From Candidatus Hydrogenedens sp. (GTDB lineage: Bacteria; Hydrogenedentota; Hydrogenedentia; Hydrogenedentales; Hydrogenedentaceae): a stretch of 52,411 nt of DNA. Positions 10,686 through 20,812 of the stretch are shown here, piece by piece. The DNA lies in the NCBI GenBank assembly GCA_049968235.1, contig JBMFRC010000023.1, positions 1-52,411 on the forward strand. The letters run 5' to 3'. Position 1 is the stretch's first letter, and each line of letters starts with the position of its first letter. Under the pieces are notes generated by a model that ran no database searches, was not told where the DNA came from, and was given only the letters and a program-made list of their open reading frames with translations. Made by a program: the position numbers and the translations under genes.

Positions 10686-10783
10686 AGTAGTCTTTGTTAA
10701 TATATGTTTTGGTTGTTATTTTGAATAAATATATTATAGATTACAATTTATATCAAATTATAGCTGGCAATAAGGAGATAGGT

Positions 10784-11989
10784 ATGAAGGATAATGAATT
10801 ATTGAAAATTCGTATTGCTCTCATAAAGGCCTTTTTGAATTCCAAAGGATATAATGGAATTTTGTTATCACGAGTAGATAATTTTGCAATGGCAACAGGT
10901 GGGAAGCGGAATTATATATGGAAGTACACAGATTTGGGAGCCAACTCATTATTTGTGGATAAGAATGGTAAAGTATATTATGTGGGGAATAATATTGAAG
11001 AACCTCGTATTATGGATGAGGAACTTGCGAATTTCCCCTGTGAGAAACTTTCATTTTTATGGTTTGATTCCTCTCCTTCAGATGTTGTTAAAAAATATTT
11101 TAAGATAAAGGATGAATCGAAATGGGTATCTGATGATGGAAGTTTAGGTGTAAATGTAAACAATGAATTATCTGTAATAAGGGCATTATTAACAAAAATA
11201 GAATTGCAAAAATATAAGGAATTGGGACGACTTGCAAGTGAAGCAATGGTAAGCACATTAAAAGGAATACGGCTGGGTGATACAGAAACAGATATATCAG
11301 CAAGATTAGTATATGAAGGACATAAAAGGGGTTGTCTTGTACCTGTATCTTTGGTTGCGAGTGATGAACGAATTAAGAAATATAGACATCCATTACCAAC
11401 AGAAAAATTATTAATATCGAATAAAAATAGTAAAAAAGTAAAAAATATAGTTATGGTTGTTGGTTGTTTTTTGAAAGAGGGGTTAGTTGTTTCTCTCACA
11501 AGATTTAAGCAGGTAGGCAAAATTTCAGAAGAAACAAGAAATGCTTATAATAGGATATGTGGTGTAGATGCCTTGATATATGAAGCCACAGAACCTGGAA
11601 GAACCTTAGGGGATGTTTTTACAAAATGTATGGAAGCCTATAGATTAATGGGATTTCCTGATAATGAATGGCATAATCATCATCAAGGTGGAGCAACAGG
11701 TTATGCAGGAAGAACCTGTAAAGGAAGTCCCAAAGAAACATTTCCGGTCTTAGATACTTTTTATTCATCTCTGATAGAAAAGGAATTGGGAAAGCGTATT
11801 TCATTTGGAACTGCTTTTGCATGGAATCCTTCTGCGAAGGGTGTTAAATCTGAAGATACATTTATTTTATATCCTGATGGTAAAAAAGAAATCGTTACCA
11901 TTACTGATGAACTTCCTGTTGTTGATTTGCAAAGGGTCCTCAAGCGAGAGATAAATATTAAGAAATCAGGAATATATATTGACGGATAA
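10784..11989 (+). CDS. M24-family metalloenzyme-like protein (creatinase/prolidase N-domain plus pita-bread fold); peptidase activity uncertain
   Basis: Creatinase_N-like N-terminus and an M24-like C-terminal fold, but the usual HxxGHxxGxxxHE metal-ligand block is degenerate (WHNHHQGG). Start chosen at the ATG at 10784 with RBS AAGGAGA, not the ORF-track start at 10694. Confidence 0.4.
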   Translation: MKDNELLKIRIALIKAFLNSKGYNGILLSRVDNFAMATGGKRNYIWKYTDLGANSLFVDKNGKVYYVGNNIEEPRIMDEELANFPCEKLSFLWFDSSPSDVVKKYFKIKDESKWVSDDGSLGVNVNNELSVIRALLTKIELQKYKELGRLASEAMVSTLKGIRLGDTETDISARLVYEGHKRGCLVPVSLVASDERIKKYRHPLPTEKLLISNKNSKKVKNIVMVVGCFLKEGLVVSLTRFKQVGKISEETRNAYNRICGVDALIYEATEPGRTLGDVFTKCMEAYRLMGFPDNEWHNHHQGGATGYAGRTCKGSPKETFPVLDTFYSSLIEKELGKRISFGTAFAWNPSAKGVKSEDTFILYPDGKKEIVTITDELPVVDLQRVLKREINIKKSGIYIDG

Positions 11990-12045
11990 ATAATTTAAGC
12001 AATATATTTTCCCAAAAATTTGTTTTATGATTTGAGGTAAAAAAA

Positions 12046-12570
12046 GTGAAAATATTAATTGTATATGGAAGTAATACAGGAAATACTGCTTATGTTGCAG
12101 ATATAATATCTTCTGCATTTGTTAAGCATGAAGTAGAAATAATAAATGTTCTATCTGTTGATATAAATAAATTTGAACAATATGACTTGCTTATATTTGG
12201 TACATCTACATGGGGCAATGGTGAATCGCAAAAAGATTGGAAAGAAATATTAAAAAAATTGAATAAGAATGTAATTGGAGGAAAATTGATTGCATTGTTT
12301 TGTTTAGGGGATAGTGCTATGTTTCCTGAACAATTTGCCAGTGGGGTAAGAGATATTTATGATGTAGTTATTGAAAATGGTGGTATTGTTATTGGTTATT
12401 GGAAAAATGAAGGTTATAATTTTAATTTTTCGAGGGCTTTATTAGGGGATAATTTTTGTGGCTTGATTATTGACCAGGATAATGAGAGCAACTTATCAGT
12501 TCCAAGGGTTGTGGATTGGGTAAAAATGTTAGAGAAAGAAATTGTTAATTACAAATCTACGAATAGTTAA
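12046..12570 (+). CDS. fldA: Flavodoxin (long-chain type)
   Basis: ILIVYGSNTGNTAYVA FMN phosphate-binding loop. Length 174 aa. GTG start with GAGGT RBS. Confidence 0.8.
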   Translation: MKILIVYGSNTGNTAYVADIISSAFVKHEVEIINVLSVDINKFEQYDLLIFGTSTWGNGESQKDWKEILKKLNKNVIGGKLIALFCLGDSAMFPEQFASGVRDIYDVVIENGGIVIGYWKNEGYNFNFSRALLGDNFCGLIIDQDNESNLSVPRVVDWVKMLEKEIVNYKSTNS

Positions 12571-12989
12571 TTCTCTCCGAAATATTTTCTAAAAAGTTCA
12601 GGGTCGTCAATAGAATTGATTTCTTTTTCGATAAATAATTTTACTTCTTCAGCAGAGATAGGGGATGGTGAGTTCGTTACGAAAGATTGTTGATTGCTTC
12701 GTGGTTCGAATAAATTTTCTTTGTTTTCATCTTCTAATGATTCTTTTTTTTCATCAATATTTATTTCGGGCATAGCAAGGTCGAGAAACATTTCTACTAT
12801 GCTTGCCAAATGTTCTATTCTTTCTTTTCGGGAACCTTTTTCGATAATGCGTCTGTTAATTGGAATTGCTTTGTTTCTGAATACGATACTAAATTCATGA
12901 CAAGAAGGGCAGGGAAGAATCATGACAACATCTGGAGGTAATTTGCCTGAACCGATTTTTTGCTGATTACAATGAGGGCATATAATCAT
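12567..12989 (-). CDS. Hypothetical zinc-ribbon protein
   Basis: N-terminal CPHC...CPSC zinc ribbon followed by an acidic low-complexity tail. No family recognised. Confidence 0.4.
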   Translation of the reverse strand: MIICPHCNQQKIGSGKLPPDVVMILPCPSCHEFSIVFRNKAIPINRRIIEKGSRKERIEHLASIVEMFLDLAMPEINIDEKKESLEDENKENLFEPRSNQQSFVTNSPSPISAEEVKLFIEKEINSIDDPELFRKYFGEN

Positions 12990-13057
12990 AAAATTTCCTC
13001 ATCTCTTTTTTATAATAATAGCAAAGAATAGATAGTATTAGCAAAAAGGGGAGTAAA

Positions 13058-14689
13058 TCAGTATAGGGGCGTACCCCATTTTTCAGCCCAATCAGGATTC
13101 AGTCGTATTTGCACTTCCCATATGTCCAGTAGTGTTAGTGCTGTCATACTTTCTATAACAGGAATGGCTCTTGGTACAATACAGGGGTCATGTCGTCCAT
13201 GAACTTTTAATTCGCAATTATTAGAAAAAATATCTATTGTTTTTTGTGGTTTTGCAATAGAAGAAGTTGGTTTTACGACGAGGCGAGCAATAATTGGTTG
13301 TCCAGTACTTATACCGCCTAAAATACCACCGGCATGATTGCTCAAGAATGTTCCATTTTCCATAGGGTCATTGGATTGGCTTCCTCTCAGTCGTGCTAAC
13401 TCAAATCCATCTCCGAATTCGATACCTTTCACCGCACCGATACTCAAAAGGGCTTCTGCTAAACGTGCATCTAATTTAGCAAAGATTGGGTCACCAAGAC
13501 CGGGGGGTATTCCATGTATTTCAAGTTGTATTATTCCTCCGACAGAATCGCCCTCTTTTCTTGCTTTTAAAATTTCTTCTTCCATGACTTTTGCTGTGTT
13601 TGAATCTTTACATCTTACCGGATTGGCCTCGATGTTTTCGTAAGACCCTTCGGAAGTAGTAGATATCCCAGCAATTTCAACGGAATGGGCAATTATTTTT
13701 ACACCTTTTCTTTCAAGAATTTTTTTGGCAATAGCCCCACAGGCTACTCTACATGCTGTTTCACGGCCGGAAGCCCTTCCTCCACCTCTATGGTCACGAA
13801 TTCCGTATTTTGTATAAAATGTGAAATCCGCATGACCGGGACGGAAAAGATATTTTAGTTCGTCATAATGATGTGATTTTTGGTCCTCGTTATAGATAAT
13901 TAATCCAATAGGTGCACCGGTAGTTTTTCCTTCAAAAATACCTGAAAGAATGTGAACTGTGTCTGATTCTTTCCTTTTTGTAGTAATGGAACTTTGACCG
14001 GGCTTGCGACGGTCTAATTCTTTTTGTATATCTTCTTCCGATATTTCAATGCCTGGTCGAACTCCATCCATAATGGCTCCGATTGCAGGTCCATGGCTTT
14101 CTCCAAATGTGGTAATGCGAATAATTTCTCCAAATGTATTTGCAGACCTCGTGTGTATAGCGAGTTCTTCACCTATGCGATTTACAACTAATTGTGCAAT
14201 ATCATCAGGAGCACCTGTTGATGTATCAACCAAAACATCAGCAAAAGGTTGTAGTATTTCTTCGCGTAGAGATAATTCGTCATAATATTTCTGTTGGGGA
14301 TTGTCCACATCTAATAGCCATGGGGGAATTCCGTGTTGAGAAACTCTATGCCATAAAATTTCTTTGTTGGCGGTCAGATATATAAGCAAAGAATTGTTTC
14401 TAATTTTTCGGCGATTGGGGGGATATAACATTATGGAGCCACCTGTGATAATAAGACACCAGTCCATATAGGCAACTTCTTGTGCTACTTTTTTTTCTAA
14501 TTCACGAAAATAGTTCTCCCCTTTATCGACGAAAATTTGCCTGCAAGTTTTTTTTTCGCCGGTGTTTTCAAAGTAAAGGTTTTCAATCATTTCATCTGTT
14601 TCAAAATATGTCAGGTTTGTAATTTCAGCGACAAGTTTTCCAATGGTTGTTTTTCCAGCCCCTTTGGGACCCATAATTACTAATTTCAA
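13058..14689 (-). CDS. aroKC: Bifunctional shikimate kinase / chorismate synthase (AroK-AroC fusion)
   Basis: The N-terminal 170 aa have the P-loop GPKGAGKTT and AroK-like layout. The remainder is chorismate synthase (RITTFGESHGPAIGAIMDGVRPG..., GGRSSARETA-like RGGGRASGRETACRV). It is a single uninterrupted ORF. Confidence 0.85.
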   Translation of the reverse strand: MKLVIMGPKGAGKTTIGKLVAEITNLTYFETDEMIENLYFENTGEKKTCRQIFVDKGENYFRELEKKVAQEVAYMDWCLIITGGSIMLYPPNRRKIRNNSLLIYLTANKEILWHRVSQHGIPPWLLDVDNPQQKYYDELSLREEILQPFADVLVDTSTGAPDDIAQLVVNRIGEELAIHTRSANTFGEIIRITTFGESHGPAIGAIMDGVRPGIEISEEDIQKELDRRKPGQSSITTKRKESDTVHILSGIFEGKTTGAPIGLIIYNEDQKSHHYDELKYLFRPGHADFTFYTKYGIRDHRGGGRASGRETACRVACGAIAKKILERKGVKIIAHSVEIAGISTTSEGSYENIEANPVRCKDSNTAKVMEEEILKARKEGDSVGGIIQLEIHGIPPGLGDPIFAKLDARLAEALLSIGAVKGIEFGDGFELARLRGSQSNDPMENGTFLSNHAGGILGGISTGQPIIARLVVKPTSSIAKPQKTIDIFSNNCELKVHGRHDPCIVPRAIPVIESMTALTLLDIWEVQIRLNPDWAEKWGTPLY

Positions 14690-14730
14690 ACTTATTCTCC
14701 TTATAGTTTATTATTGATTATAATATATAT

Positions 14731-16008
14731 TTATTCAACTACATGAGCGTTTCCGCCTATAGATTTCAGGGATTCAAGAAAGGTTGGGAAAGTAACATCT
14801 ACTGCTTCGTAGTCATCAATAATAGTTGTTCCATCAAGCATAGTCCCTACAATTGCGAGAGCCATTACTACACGGTGGTCACCATGTCCACTAACATGTC
14901 CGGAGTGCATGTGGGATTCTTCAATTTCTAATCCATCTGGTAACTCTCTGATTTTCGCTCCTAACTTAGATAGTTCTTCTTTCATTACGGATATACGGTC
15001 TGTTTCTTTAAGTCTTGCCTGGGGAACATTGTATAATCGTGTTTTACCGGAAGCAAAACATGATAGACCTGCCATCATCGGTAGTGCGTCCGGGGTTGCG
15101 TTCAGGTCAATTTCGGCACCTATCAATTGTCTGGAACTAACTTGTATGCCATTATCTTTAATGTTTATATTTGCTCCCATCCGTTTTAAATACTCTAGAA
15201 CAAGTTTATCTCCTTGTGTATCGTTAATATCCAGACCCAAACAAAGAACCTCATTATTCGGTAAAGCACCTGCGGAAAGAAAGAAAGTAGCGGAAGAGAA
15301 ATCTCCGGGAATGTGTTTGTTAACTGTTTTATATTTTTGCTTTCCTGGAATTACAAAATTTTTGAACTCTGCATCGTAAATTATTTGTATTCCATGTTCT
15401 TTAAGCCATGCCAATGTCATTTCAACATAGGGTCTTTCATAAAGTAAAGGGACATCTACAATGGTTTCGGTATCTGCCATAGGGGCATTAATTAAAATGG
15501 AGGTTAAATACTGACTTGAGATGGCTTTTACTGATGTTTTCCCTCCTTTAATCCTTCCTTGAATCACTATCGGTGGGAGGTTGTTATTTCGTGTGGACAT
15601 TACATTTGCACCCAGTTCATTTAAGGCATTTATTAATGGACCTAATGGTCTTCTTCGAATTTGATGGTCCCCTGTTAAAACAACTGTCCCTTTTTGAATA
15701 AGTGCAGAGCTACCCATTGCAATACACATGGTTGTTCCAGAATTGCCCACATCAACCACATCATCGGGAATATCCCATAAACCGCCAGGTCCTTCTACAA
15801 TCCATCTATCCTCCTCAAAAGAAATTTGAACTCCCAGAGAACGATAAACTTTAACAGATGACAATGTGTCTGATGAAAATAGGGGAGATTTTATTATGCT
15901 TTTGCCTTCAGCAAGAGAAGCAATCGCTACAGCACGAATTGTATGTGATTTGGAACCGGGTATTTTTACGGAACCTTTTAAATTACTACCTTCGACAACT
16001 AACTTCAT
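14731..16008 (-). CDS. aroA: 3-phosphoshikimate 1-carboxyvinyltransferase (EPSP synthase)
   Basis: IPGSKSHTIRA N-terminal signature and overall EPSP synthase length and pattern. Confidence 0.9.
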   Translation of the reverse strand: MKLVVEGSNLKGSVKIPGSKSHTIRAVAIASLAEGKSIIKSPLFSSDTLSSVKVYRSLGVQISFEEDRWIVEGPGGLWDIPDDVVDVGNSGTTMCIAMGSSALIQKGTVVLTGDHQIRRRPLGPLINALNELGANVMSTRNNNLPPIVIQGRIKGGKTSVKAISSQYLTSILINAPMADTETIVDVPLLYERPYVEMTLAWLKEHGIQIIYDAEFKNFVIPGKQKYKTVNKHIPGDFSSATFFLSAGALPNNEVLCLGLDINDTQGDKLVLEYLKRMGANINIKDNGIQVSSRQLIGAEIDLNATPDALPMMAGLSCFASGKTRLYNVPQARLKETDRISVMKEELSKLGAKIRELPDGLEIEESHMHSGHVSGHGDHRVVMALAIVGTMLDGTTIIDDYEAVDVTFPTFLESLKSIGGNAHVVE

Positions 16009-16175
16009 AATTATCCCCTTTATGGTTGTTAAATGAATTTATATTATAGAACAATTATATTTTTCTTATCATTTCATATTTGGGTGTGAAGGCAAAAAGT
16101 TTTTTATTATTCATTTTTTATATAATTTTATGCATATAATCGTATGTAGGCAAAATAAACAAAAAGGATTTTATT

Positions 16176-17573
16176 ATGAGAAGATATAGCCGTAGATGTT
16201 TTTTAGGTAATATCCTCACAACGGGAGTTGCATTAAACCTTTTAAATAGAGAAAGCATGACAGAAGAACAGGAGGAAAAGCCTAATTTTATTATTATACT
16301 TGCAGATGATTTGGGTTATGGTGATGTTGGATGTTATGGACAGGAATATATACTTACACCGAACATAGACCGTATGGCAAGGGAAGGAATGGTTTTTACA
16401 GATGGATACGCAGGAAGTACTGTATGTGCTCCATCACGGTGTTGCCTAATGACGGGATACCATACTGGACATGCAAGAATAAGAGGTAATGGTGCGGTTC
16501 CTCTTGCTCCTGAAGATGTTACACTTGCAGAAGTATTGAAATCTCAGGGTTATGTTACAGGTTTAGTGGGGAAGTGGGGATTGGGAGAAACGGAAACTTC
16601 GGGAATTCCCATACTGCAAGGTTTTGATGAATTTTATGGTTATTTAAATCAACTGCATGCTCACAATTATTATCCTGATTTCTTGTGGAGAGGAACCAAA
16701 AAAGAAAAAATAGAAGGGAATGTAATATCAGATGTTCCGGGAGTATGTAGTAGTTGTGAACAGTATAGTCATGATTTGTTTACAAAGGAAGCGGTAGATT
16801 TTATTAGAAGAAATAAAGATAAAAACTTTTTTCTTTATTTAGCATTAACTATCCCACATGCAAATAATGAATTGGGAAATGCCAAAGGAAATGGTATGGA
16901 GGTCCCTAATGATGAACCATATTCGGATAGACCGTGGCCACAAATTCAGAAAAATCATGCAGGGATGATTACACGGTTAGATGATACTGTCGGTAGGGTA
17001 TTGGATTTGCTAAAGGAATTAGGATTGGAAGAAAGAACAGTAGTAATGTTTTCAAGCGATAATGGACCCCATAAAGAAGGAGGTGCGGACCCGGAATTTT
17101 TCAAGAGTTCGGGACCTTTTAAGGGATATAAAAGAGCCCTTTATGAAGGAGGAATACGAGTACCTTTTATAGTAAGGTGGAAAGGAAAGGTGGCATCGGG
17201 AAGTAAATGCGATGTGCCATGCGCTTTCTGGGATGTTTTGCCTACTTTTGCAGAATTATCTGGTGCACAAACACCTAAAGGAATAGATGGGGTATCATTT
17301 GTTCCTTTGTTGTTAGGAAATGAAACTCCTTCCTTTAAGAATAGGGCATTATACTGGGAGTTTTATGAGCAGGGATTTAAACAGGCTTTAAGAATTGAAA
17401 ATTGGAAATTAGTAAATATTTATGGGACTGCACCTGAATTATATGATTTAAATAATGATAAAGGGGAAAACAATAATCTTGCATCGACTTATCCTGATAA
17501 ATGCACTGAATTGTTGAACATGTTAAAAGAATTGCGAGTACCTTCGCCGGATTGGAAATCTCCTGTTGATTAG
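16176..17573 (+). CDS. Tat-exported Cys-type sulfatase (arylsulfatase / N-acetylgalactosamine-6-sulfatase-like)
   Basis: Twin-arginine signal RRYSRRCFLG. Formylglycine motif CAPSRCCLMTG (C-x-P-x-R). Sulfatase metal-binding DDLGYGD. Confidence 0.85.
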   Translation: MRRYSRRCFLGNILTTGVALNLLNRESMTEEQEEKPNFIIILADDLGYGDVGCYGQEYILTPNIDRMAREGMVFTDGYAGSTVCAPSRCCLMTGYHTGHARIRGNGAVPLAPEDVTLAEVLKSQGYVTGLVGKWGLGETETSGIPILQGFDEFYGYLNQLHAHNYYPDFLWRGTKKEKIEGNVISDVPGVCSSCEQYSHDLFTKEAVDFIRRNKDKNFFLYLALTIPHANNELGNAKGNGMEVPNDEPYSDRPWPQIQKNHAGMITRLDDTVGRVLDLLKELGLEERTVVMFSSDNGPHKEGGADPEFFKSSGPFKGYKRALYEGGIRVPFIVRWKGKVASGSKCDVPCAFWDVLPTFAELSGAQTPKGIDGVSFVPLLLGNETPSFKNRALYWEFYEQGFKQALRIENWKLVNIYGTAPELYDLNNDKGENNNLASTYPDKCTELLNMLKELRVPSPDWKSPVD

Positions 17574-18376
17574 TCATTTCGTAATGATAGTTCGCTTTCT
17601 ATTTTTATTTTCTGTTGTATTTGCTTGAAATTGTGAATTAAAAAATCAGTAGGGGATTTTGAACAGATAAAATCGATACGAACGGTTTTTGAATCAATGT
17701 GGTCCCATGTATGAGCATCTACACAGGCTAATAAAGTAAGTTCGGCTTCTTTAATTGCTTCCCGATAAACTTGTAATGGATATATTTTCTGTCTTACTAC
17801 GGACCAACCTTTTCCCTGTATTAAGATACTTAATGTGGCTGTTTGTGTTGAGGGATTATATGAAGATTCCCAGACTGTTCTGAAATCTTTATAATTTTCT
17901 TTCCACTGACTATTGTTATAGTATTGTTTGACCATTTGTTCTGTAACACAGTCAAAGTAGATAATCCCGTTTTCTTTTAGTGATGTTGCCATAGAATAAA
18001 TAGAACGGTATATATCTTCTTCATCTAAAAGAAAGTTAATAGAATCGAAAAGACACGATATTATATGAAATGAATTTTTAAAAGGCAGGGAACACATATT
18101 TCCTGTTAAAACATGGATATTGGGATATAATTGTTTTGCGGTATAAAGCATAGCAGGGGATATATCAACCCCTATGGAATTCCAACCATGTTTTTTTAAT
18201 TTTTGTATCAAAGTCCCCGTTCCGCATGCTACATCAAGATGATTGATTATACACTTATTTTTGTCCTGTATTATTTTTTGTAAATCCAGAAGTCTGCTTT
18301 CCCATCGGTCATAACGGACACGGGTCATAATACGGTCGTAATATGGGGCTAATATATGGAAGGTATCATTCTGCAT
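17570..18376 (-). CDS. Class I SAM-dependent methyltransferase
   Basis: Motif I LDVACGTGTL. Length 268 aa. Confidence 0.7.
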   Translation of the reverse strand: MQNDTFHILAPYYDRIMTRVRYDRWESRLLDLQKIIQDKNKCIINHLDVACGTGTLIQKLKKHGWNSIGVDISPAMLYTAKQLYPNIHVLTGNMCSLPFKNSFHIISCLFDSINFLLDEEDIYRSIYSMATSLKENGIIYFDCVTEQMVKQYYNNSQWKENYKDFRTVWESSYNPSTQTATLSILIQGKGWSVVRQKIYPLQVYREAIKEAELTLLACVDAHTWDHIDSKTVRIDFICSKSPTDFLIHNFKQIQQKIKIESELSLRND

Positions 18377-18995
18377 TTACAAGTAAATCCTTTTTACTTT
18401 TTAACCAATTTATAAATTCTAAAGAGTAAGGAGAAGGGTCTCTTTTTTTTAAACTCAACATGTATCTTTCATTTGCAGAGTAAAAGAGAGCATCAAAAAA
18501 ACCATATTGCATTAAAATTTCATGTGTTTTTTGGGCTTGTGGATAGTTTCGGAGAGGTTCGCTAAAATCGGAGAGGTAAAGTATTTGTCCTGCAAGTCCT
18601 AAATTTGCTTTTCCTGTGGTATGCCAATAAATAGCCTCATATATGTCTGTATCATGAATATCCAATTCCTGGATAATCATATTAGCAGATAGAGGACCGT
18701 GTAATAAGACGGGATATTTTTTTTCATATTGGGTGATTTCAATATTAAATTCTTTTGCTTTTTTTATAATATCTTCTGTTTTCCATTCCCTACATAGGTC
18801 ATGTAATATGCCAGAAAGTATTACTTTATGTTCATTTACTTCAATTCCTTTCGTTCGAACAATATAGAGAGCATAAGTTGATGTAGAGACACAATGGTTA
18901 ATTTTTTCTTTACTTAAATAATTATTTAAATAATCTATATAATAAGAGTAGTTATTTGTTATTTCATTTTTTATCTTTATAAATTCCGTGTTCAT
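18366..18995 (-). CDS. yqeK: HD-domain hydrolase YqeK (bis(5'-nucleosyl)-tetraphosphatase family)
   Basis: HD motif H...LHDLCRE and conserved synteny directly downstream of nadD. Start placed at the internal Met; the ORF-track start at 19025 overlaps nadD by 62 nt. Confidence 0.7.
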   Translation of the reverse strand: MNTEFIKIKNEITNNYSYYIDYLNNYLSKEKINHCVSTSTYALYIVRTKGIEVNEHKVILSGILHDLCREWKTEDIIKKAKEFNIEITQYEKKYPVLLHGPLSANMIIQELDIHDTDIYEAIYWHTTGKANLGLAGQILYLSDFSEPLRNYPQAQKTHEILMQYGFFDALFYSANERYMLSLKKRDPSPYSLEFINWLKSKKDLLVNAE

Positions 18996-19578
18996 AAATA
19001 TATCTTTCAACTGCTGGAGGAACAAAATCTTTAATCTCTTTACCTTGTTGTATTAATAAACGTATCTGATGGGATGCAATATTTTGGGGTTCAAAAGGTA
19101 GCCAAACAGTTTTTGATAATAATTGAGGGGATATTTTTTTTATAGAAGAATTGGGACGATTAGCCACAAGAAAAGAATGTATTTTTTTTATAAGTTCATC
19201 AGCATGATACCAATTAGGGATATCTACCAGTGTATCCAAACCTACGATTAAATATATTTTAGCATTCTGATAAATTTTTGAAATATGTTCTATAGTATTT
19301 ATTGTAAAGGATGGATTTTTGCTGTCTATTTCAAATCTCAAAACAGAAAATTTAGGTTCATTTTGGGTAGCAAGGAGTAGCATGTTATATCTATCTTCGG
19401 GTGAAGCGAAGACAAGCCCCCTTTTATGTGGGGGTATTCCGGCAGGGACAAAAATAATAGTAGATAAATCAGCATGCCGTAGTGCAGAATATGCTAATTT
19501 AATGTGAACATTATGAACGGGGTCAAAAGTACCACCGAATAGACCTATATCTACAGAACTAACCACGGATTTGACCAT
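18964..19578 (-). CDS. nadD: Nicotinate-nucleotide adenylyltransferase
   Basis: GLFGGTFDPVHNVH nucleotidyltransferase (H/T)xGH motif. Size about 200 aa. Confidence 0.85.
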   Translation of the reverse strand: MVKSVVSSVDIGLFGGTFDPVHNVHIKLAYSALRHADLSTIIFVPAGIPPHKRGLVFASPEDRYNMLLLATQNEPKFSVLRFEIDSKNPSFTINTIEHISKIYQNAKIYLIVGLDTLVDIPNWYHADELIKKIHSFLVANRPNSSIKKISPQLLSKTVWLPFEPQNIASHQIRLLIQQGKEIKDFVPPAVERYIYEHGIYKDKK

Positions 19579-20812
19579 TTCCTCGAACAACAAATTTAAA
19601 TGTGGTTAATCCTTCAAGAGCCATAGGACCACGCCAATGTAGTTTGTTTGTACTTATTCCAATTTCTGCACCCATTCCGAATTCAAAACCATCTGTAAAA
19701 CGGGTAGAAGCATTCACATAAACTGTGGCACTGTCTACTTCTTCTAAAAATTTTTCAGCCATAAAATAATCATTTGTGATTATTGCATCCGAATGGTGGG
19801 AGCCATAGTAATTTATATGGTGAATGGCTTCTTCTATGGAAGATACAACTTTTATTGATAGAATTTTATCTAAATATTCGGTATACCAATCCTCTTCAGT
19901 TGCGGGTTTACAATCAATTAACATTTGCGTTCTGGGGCAACCTCTTAATTCACAACCGCCTTGAATTAATTCTTTTGCAATAGGAGGAAGAAGTAGAGGA
20001 GCAGAATTTTCATGAACGAGTAGAGTCTCCATTGCATTGCAAACACCTGGCCTTTGTAATTTTGCGTTCATAACAATTTTGAGGGACATATCTAAATCTG
20101 CATCCGCATGTAGATATGTGTGACAAACACCGTCCAGATGAGCAATAACAGGTATTCGAGATTCATCATATATTCGAGCAATAAGGCTTTTCCCACCTCT
20201 GGGAATAATAACATCAATATATTGGTCTAATTTAAGTAGTTCCCCGACAGCAGAACGGTCAGTAGTAGATATCATTTGAACAGCATTTTCAGGAATACCC
20301 CATTTTGTTGCGGTATCGTTAAAAATTTTTGCCAGAGCAAGGTTTGAATGAATTGCTTCTGAACCTCCCCGGAGGATGCATGTATTAGCGGATTTTAAGC
20401 ATAAGGAAGCAGCATCAATAGTAACATTAGGGCGACTTTCATAAATAATCCCTACAACGCCTATTGGCTGGCGTACTTTTGCAATTTTTAGTCCATTGGG
20501 ATGAATATATTGGTTTTCTATATTGCCAACAGGGTCGGGAAGGGAAGCCACTACTCGAACACTCTCTGCCATACTTTGTATTCTTTTGGGAGTTAATTCA
20601 AGTCTATCAAGAAAGGCTTTTGTTTGTCCCATTTCTTTGGCATTTTTCAGGTCTTTTTTGTTCTCCTTAATAATCCAGTTTGTATGGAGTTCTAATTCAT
20701 CGGCTATTTTGAGTAAAGATTCGTTTTTAATATTTTTAGGGATATTTTGTAGTTTATAAAATGCTTCTTTTGCTCTTTGAGCAATTTGTGTAATTTCATC
20801 TTTGATGTTCAT
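19559..20812 (-). CDS. proA: Glutamate-5-semialdehyde dehydrogenase (gamma-glutamyl phosphate reductase)
   Basis: ALDH-fold with ProA-specific blocks. Classic position after proB. Confidence 0.85.
   Translation of the reverse strand: MNIKDEITQIAQRAKEAFYKLQNIPKNIKNESLLKIADELELHTNWIIKENKKDLKNAKEMGQTKAFLDRLELTPKRIQSMAESVRVVASLPDPVGNIENQYIHPNGLKIAKVRQPIGVVGIIYESRPNVTIDAASLCLKSANTCILRGGSEAIHSNLALAKIFNDTATKWGIPENAVQMISTTDRSAVGELLKLDQYIDVIIPRGGKSLIARIYDESRIPVIAHLDGVCHTYLHADADLDMSLKIVMNAKLQRPGVCNAMETLLVHENSAPLLLPPIAKELIQGGCELRGCPRTQMLIDCKPATEEDWYTEYLDKILSIKVVSSIEEAIHHINYYGSHHSDAIITNDYFMAEKFLEEVDSATVYVNASTRFTDGFEFGMGAEIGISTNKLHWRGPMALEGLTTFKFVVRGNGQIRG

Noticed and set aside
10694-10783. Upstream extension of the M24-like ORF to the ATG at 10694
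   Set aside because: The extension is a hydrophobic, non-conserved 30 aa lying in the divergent promoter region. A strong RBS (AAGGAGA) precedes the ATG at 10784.
10978-11520. 180-aa minus-strand ORF
   Set aside because: Ser/Thr-rich low-complexity antisense read-through entirely inside the M24-like gene.
14909-15379. 156-aa + strand ORF
   Set aside because: It lies wholly inside aroA on the opposite strand and has no independent support.
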